17,051 nt of DNA from an uncultured Phycisphaeraceae bacterium (lineage in GTDB: Bacteria > Planctomycetota > Phycisphaerae > Phycisphaerales > Phycisphaeraceae): positions 1 to 17,051 of the forward strand of contig CAZSSX010000024.1 in assembly GCA_964609545.1 (NCBI GenBank), in the 5' to 3' direction. A model generated the notes under the pieces. That model ran no database searches. It had not been told where the DNA came from and saw nothing but the letters and a program-made list of their open reading frames with translations. Positions 15,330-17,051 of this stretch are shown in pieces; position 1 is the stretch's first letter, and each line of letters starts with the position of its first letter. A program made the translations under genes and the position numbers.

Positions 15330-15539
15330 ATCTCCTCCCAAATCACACGACCTACCATAAAAAATAGCTTGTCTACGCTCTAAAAGGGTCATCACATTCA
15401 AAAAAAACATCATAAAGTCCGTGCCAATCTAACGATAGACTACCTTTATTATCATAGCCCAGCCCAGCCGCCCTTAGCAACTTTTTCTCAATATTTCTAA
15501 CACATACATCGATATTTTATACCTTACCCTGAGTATGCT

Positions 15540-15893
15540 TTATAAATGCTTCGCAGCCGGGCGATATTTCAACCCCGCCTTAATCGTAAAAACAATCGCT
15601 CCACCCAAAACAAGATAAACCGTCCCCATCATAAAATAAATCGAATACCCGTACGCCATGCTCGCGTTACTCCCCGCGCCATCGTAAACGCTATCCTTGC
15701 TCATCGTAAATTCAACATTACCTTGATGAACATAAATACTCTCCCCACCCGCATCACCATCAGCCAGCGACCCTGCACAGTTCGGACACGCCGACGCAGG
15801 CTGAGCATAACACATCCCAATTAAAATCACTGCACCAATAAATAATCCCACCACATGCCTCCCAGCCATCCACTTATAATAATCTGCCATCAT
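15540..15893 (-). CDS. Small hypothetical membrane protein (N-terminal signal/TM, CPNC motif, C-terminal TM)
   Basis: Start set at the internal ATG preceded by AAGGAA. This removes the 44-bp overlap with the upstream PDZ gene that the 157-aa track ORF would have. Sequence MADYYKWMAGRHVVGLFIGAVILIGMCYAQPASA|CPNCAGSLADGDAGG…, followed by a C-terminal hydrophobic segment YSIYFMMGTVYLVLGGAIVFTI. Confidence 0.45.
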   Translation of the reverse strand: MMADYYKWMAGRHVVGLFIGAVILIGMCYAQPASACPNCAGSLADGDAGGESIYVHQGNVEFTMSKDSVYDGAGSNASMAYGYSIYFMMGTVYLVLGGAIVFTIKAGLKYRPAAKHL

Positions 15894-15969
15894 CCATTCC
15901 TTTATACATCCTCCCCCTACCACTGATCGGTCATCTCCGATCCAAAAACACCCGAAACACGCTTCTTTT

Positions 15970-16818
15970 TTAACCACCCGCATGAAGCTGATAAGCTTCC
16001 TTGGCAACATCAAAACTCAGCGCATCTGCTAAACGTCGTTTCAGCCTGCGTACCACTGATTTGTGTAACACATCACCGTTACCGCCATAGATTTTATCCC
16101 ACCCTAATGCGCTGCCATAAGCAAACGTCACTGAGATCACACGCTTGCCTCGATACACTTTCATCACAATTTTATCACCCGGTTTTCGGCCTCGCACCTT
16201 CGACGCCAGCAACTCGATCCGCGAGGCATAATCTCCTTTGATTTGAGCGCCATCAAAGACCAATATACGATCTCCCGGACGCAAAAACGCGTACGCGGGC
16301 AATCCCAGCGTGGTGCTTTTTAACTGAATCCCTTGATTTTCATATTTAGAGCCTTTCGTGAGAATATCATTTTTCCCAGCAAAAGTAATGCCTAGCATGC
16401 CATAATCGCGCTTAACTAGCGTATCGCTGACCAATCTGATTTCATCTCTAACCAAATAATGCCAAAGCACTCTTTTAATTCTGCTGCGTACTTCAAAATC
16501 ATCGCTCACGCCATAGGCTTGGACCATTTGGCTTGATTTAATCGCTTCGGATTGCATCAAAGCGTACATGGCCTCCTCGCGGACATAAAAATCTTCATCG
16601 CCAAGCTCTTTAATCACCCGAGCGATCCGCTTTTTCGCCCGCTGCGCCTCGGTCAACACTTTGGCTTGCGCCTTCACATCAGCACGGATCCCCGCTTGAT
16701 TAGCCTCAGGCTTGGCCCAGGCAGCACTTTGCCCAGCAGACATAGCCAAGCAGACGTAACTTATGATTACGACGCTAGTTGCGCCGATTTTTTTTGATTT
16801 TTTCATCGTTTTTTGCAT
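15970..16818 (-). CDS. Secreted PDZ-domain protein with HEAT-like N-terminal helix repeat
   Basis: GGAG RBS. Signal peptide MQKTMKKSKKIGATSVVIISYVCLAMSAGQSAAWA. DFYVREEAMYALMQS resembles a HEAT/PBS-lyase-type repeat. PDZ-like segment GMLGITFAGKND…GIQLKSTTLGLPAYAFLRPGDRILVFDGAQIKGDYASRIELLASKVRGRKPGDKIVMKVYRGKRVISVTF. Confidence 0.65.
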   Translation of the reverse strand: MQKTMKKSKKIGATSVVIISYVCLAMSAGQSAAWAKPEANQAGIRADVKAQAKVLTEAQRAKKRIARVIKELGDEDFYVREEAMYALMQSEAIKSSQMVQAYGVSDDFEVRSRIKRVLWHYLVRDEIRLVSDTLVKRDYGMLGITFAGKNDILTKGSKYENQGIQLKSTTLGLPAYAFLRPGDRILVFDGAQIKGDYASRIELLASKVRGRKPGDKIVMKVYRGKRVISVTFAYGSALGWDKIYGGNGDVLHKSVVRRLKRRLADALSFDVAKEAYQLHAGG

Positions 16819-17051
16819 ATTGATAGCTCCATTTTTTCGATTTTAGTTGATTTTATGCTGCGATTCTACCCGCAATAGGGATAAAATCCAAGCTTTAATC
16901 CCCAAATTCAAGATTGCAGGGGCGCGTGACTCGCTGAAGCGATGGTTGTTTTTTTCAAGATTCCATTATATTGGAAATTTCTGTTTCTTCCCGAAAAGGG
17001 CGTTTTGAAAGGCCTTGAAAGAGGGGTGAACGCGATCGAAGGGCTGTGTTA

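Noticed and set aside
15546-15824. 92-aa + strand ORF (R/N/H-rich)
   Set aside because: Antisense to the small CPNC membrane-protein gene. No RBS, composition typical of out-of-frame translation.
15894-16013. 5' extension of the small membrane-protein ORF (157-aa version overlapping PDZ gene by 44 bp)
   Set aside because: Extension has no RBS and encodes a Cys/Gly-rich N-terminus preceding the obvious signal/TM. The internal ATG with AAGGAA RBS gives a clean non-overlapping gene.
16552-16797. 81-aa + strand ORF
   Set aside because: Antisense within the PDZ-protein gene, which has a GGAG RBS, a signal peptide and a domain-like sequence.
1-17051. CRISPR arrays, IS elements, integrases, tRNA/rRNA genes
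   Set aside because: No regularly spaced direct repeats, no transposase/integrase-like ORFs and no cloverleaf-compatible segments noticed. The inverted repeat at 9093-9191 has no coding capacity, so it is not an IS.

Overview
Bacterial chromosomal window of about 17 kb with moderate GC (roughly 45-50%, uncounted), carrying about 15 protein-coding genes and no rRNA, tRNA, CRISPR array, transposase or integrase that I can see. Throughout, the + strand as given is visibly C- and A-rich and G-poor, regardless of gene orientation.

Gene content, 5' to 3':
- 1-767 (-): partial phosphate-binding lipoprotein PstS.
- 1031-2693 (-): ribosomal protein S6 (rpsF) - ssb - ribosomal protein L9 (rplI). The usual S18 gene (rpsR) is absent, and an intrinsic terminator sits between ssb and rplI.
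- 3007-5250 (+): a small membrane protein, an SPFH/Band-7 protein, a terminator, then another membrane protein.
- 5350-6315 (-): a sugar-phosphate isomerase/epimerase (TIM barrel) with a histone-H1-like Lys/Ala-rich tail.
- 6557-6988 (+): a HIT-family hydrolase.
- 7083-8828 (-): a secreted sulfatase with a CxPxR motif.
- 9393-16818 (-): a 7.4-kb minus-strand block, described below.

Most interesting region: the minus-strand block encodes, in transcription order, a secreted HEAT-like/PDZ protein and a small two-TM Cys-containing protein. These are followed by a 691-aa protein that fuses a PilM-type actin-like ATPase domain to a PilN-type 'NILP'-TM anchor and an unusually large periplasmic extension. 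It is translationally coupled to a 538-aa protein and followed by a 660-aa protein. Both are single-pass (bitopic) proteins, far larger than canonical PilO/PilP and not recognisable by eye. No pilin, PilB/PilT ATPase, PilC platform or secretin lies within 2-7 kb. This looks like the inner-membrane alignment core of a type-IV-pilus/T2SS-like trans-envelope machine of unusual composition and is the best candidate here for an undescribed system.

Other oddities: a 99-bp imperfect inverted repeat downstream of the block; a 13-bp perfect tandem repeat upstream of it; R/G-rich C-terminal tails on two of the block proteins.

The taxonomic guess (PVC-superphylum-like: sulfatase, xylose-isomerase-like TIM barrel, K/A tail, PilM variants) is inference only.
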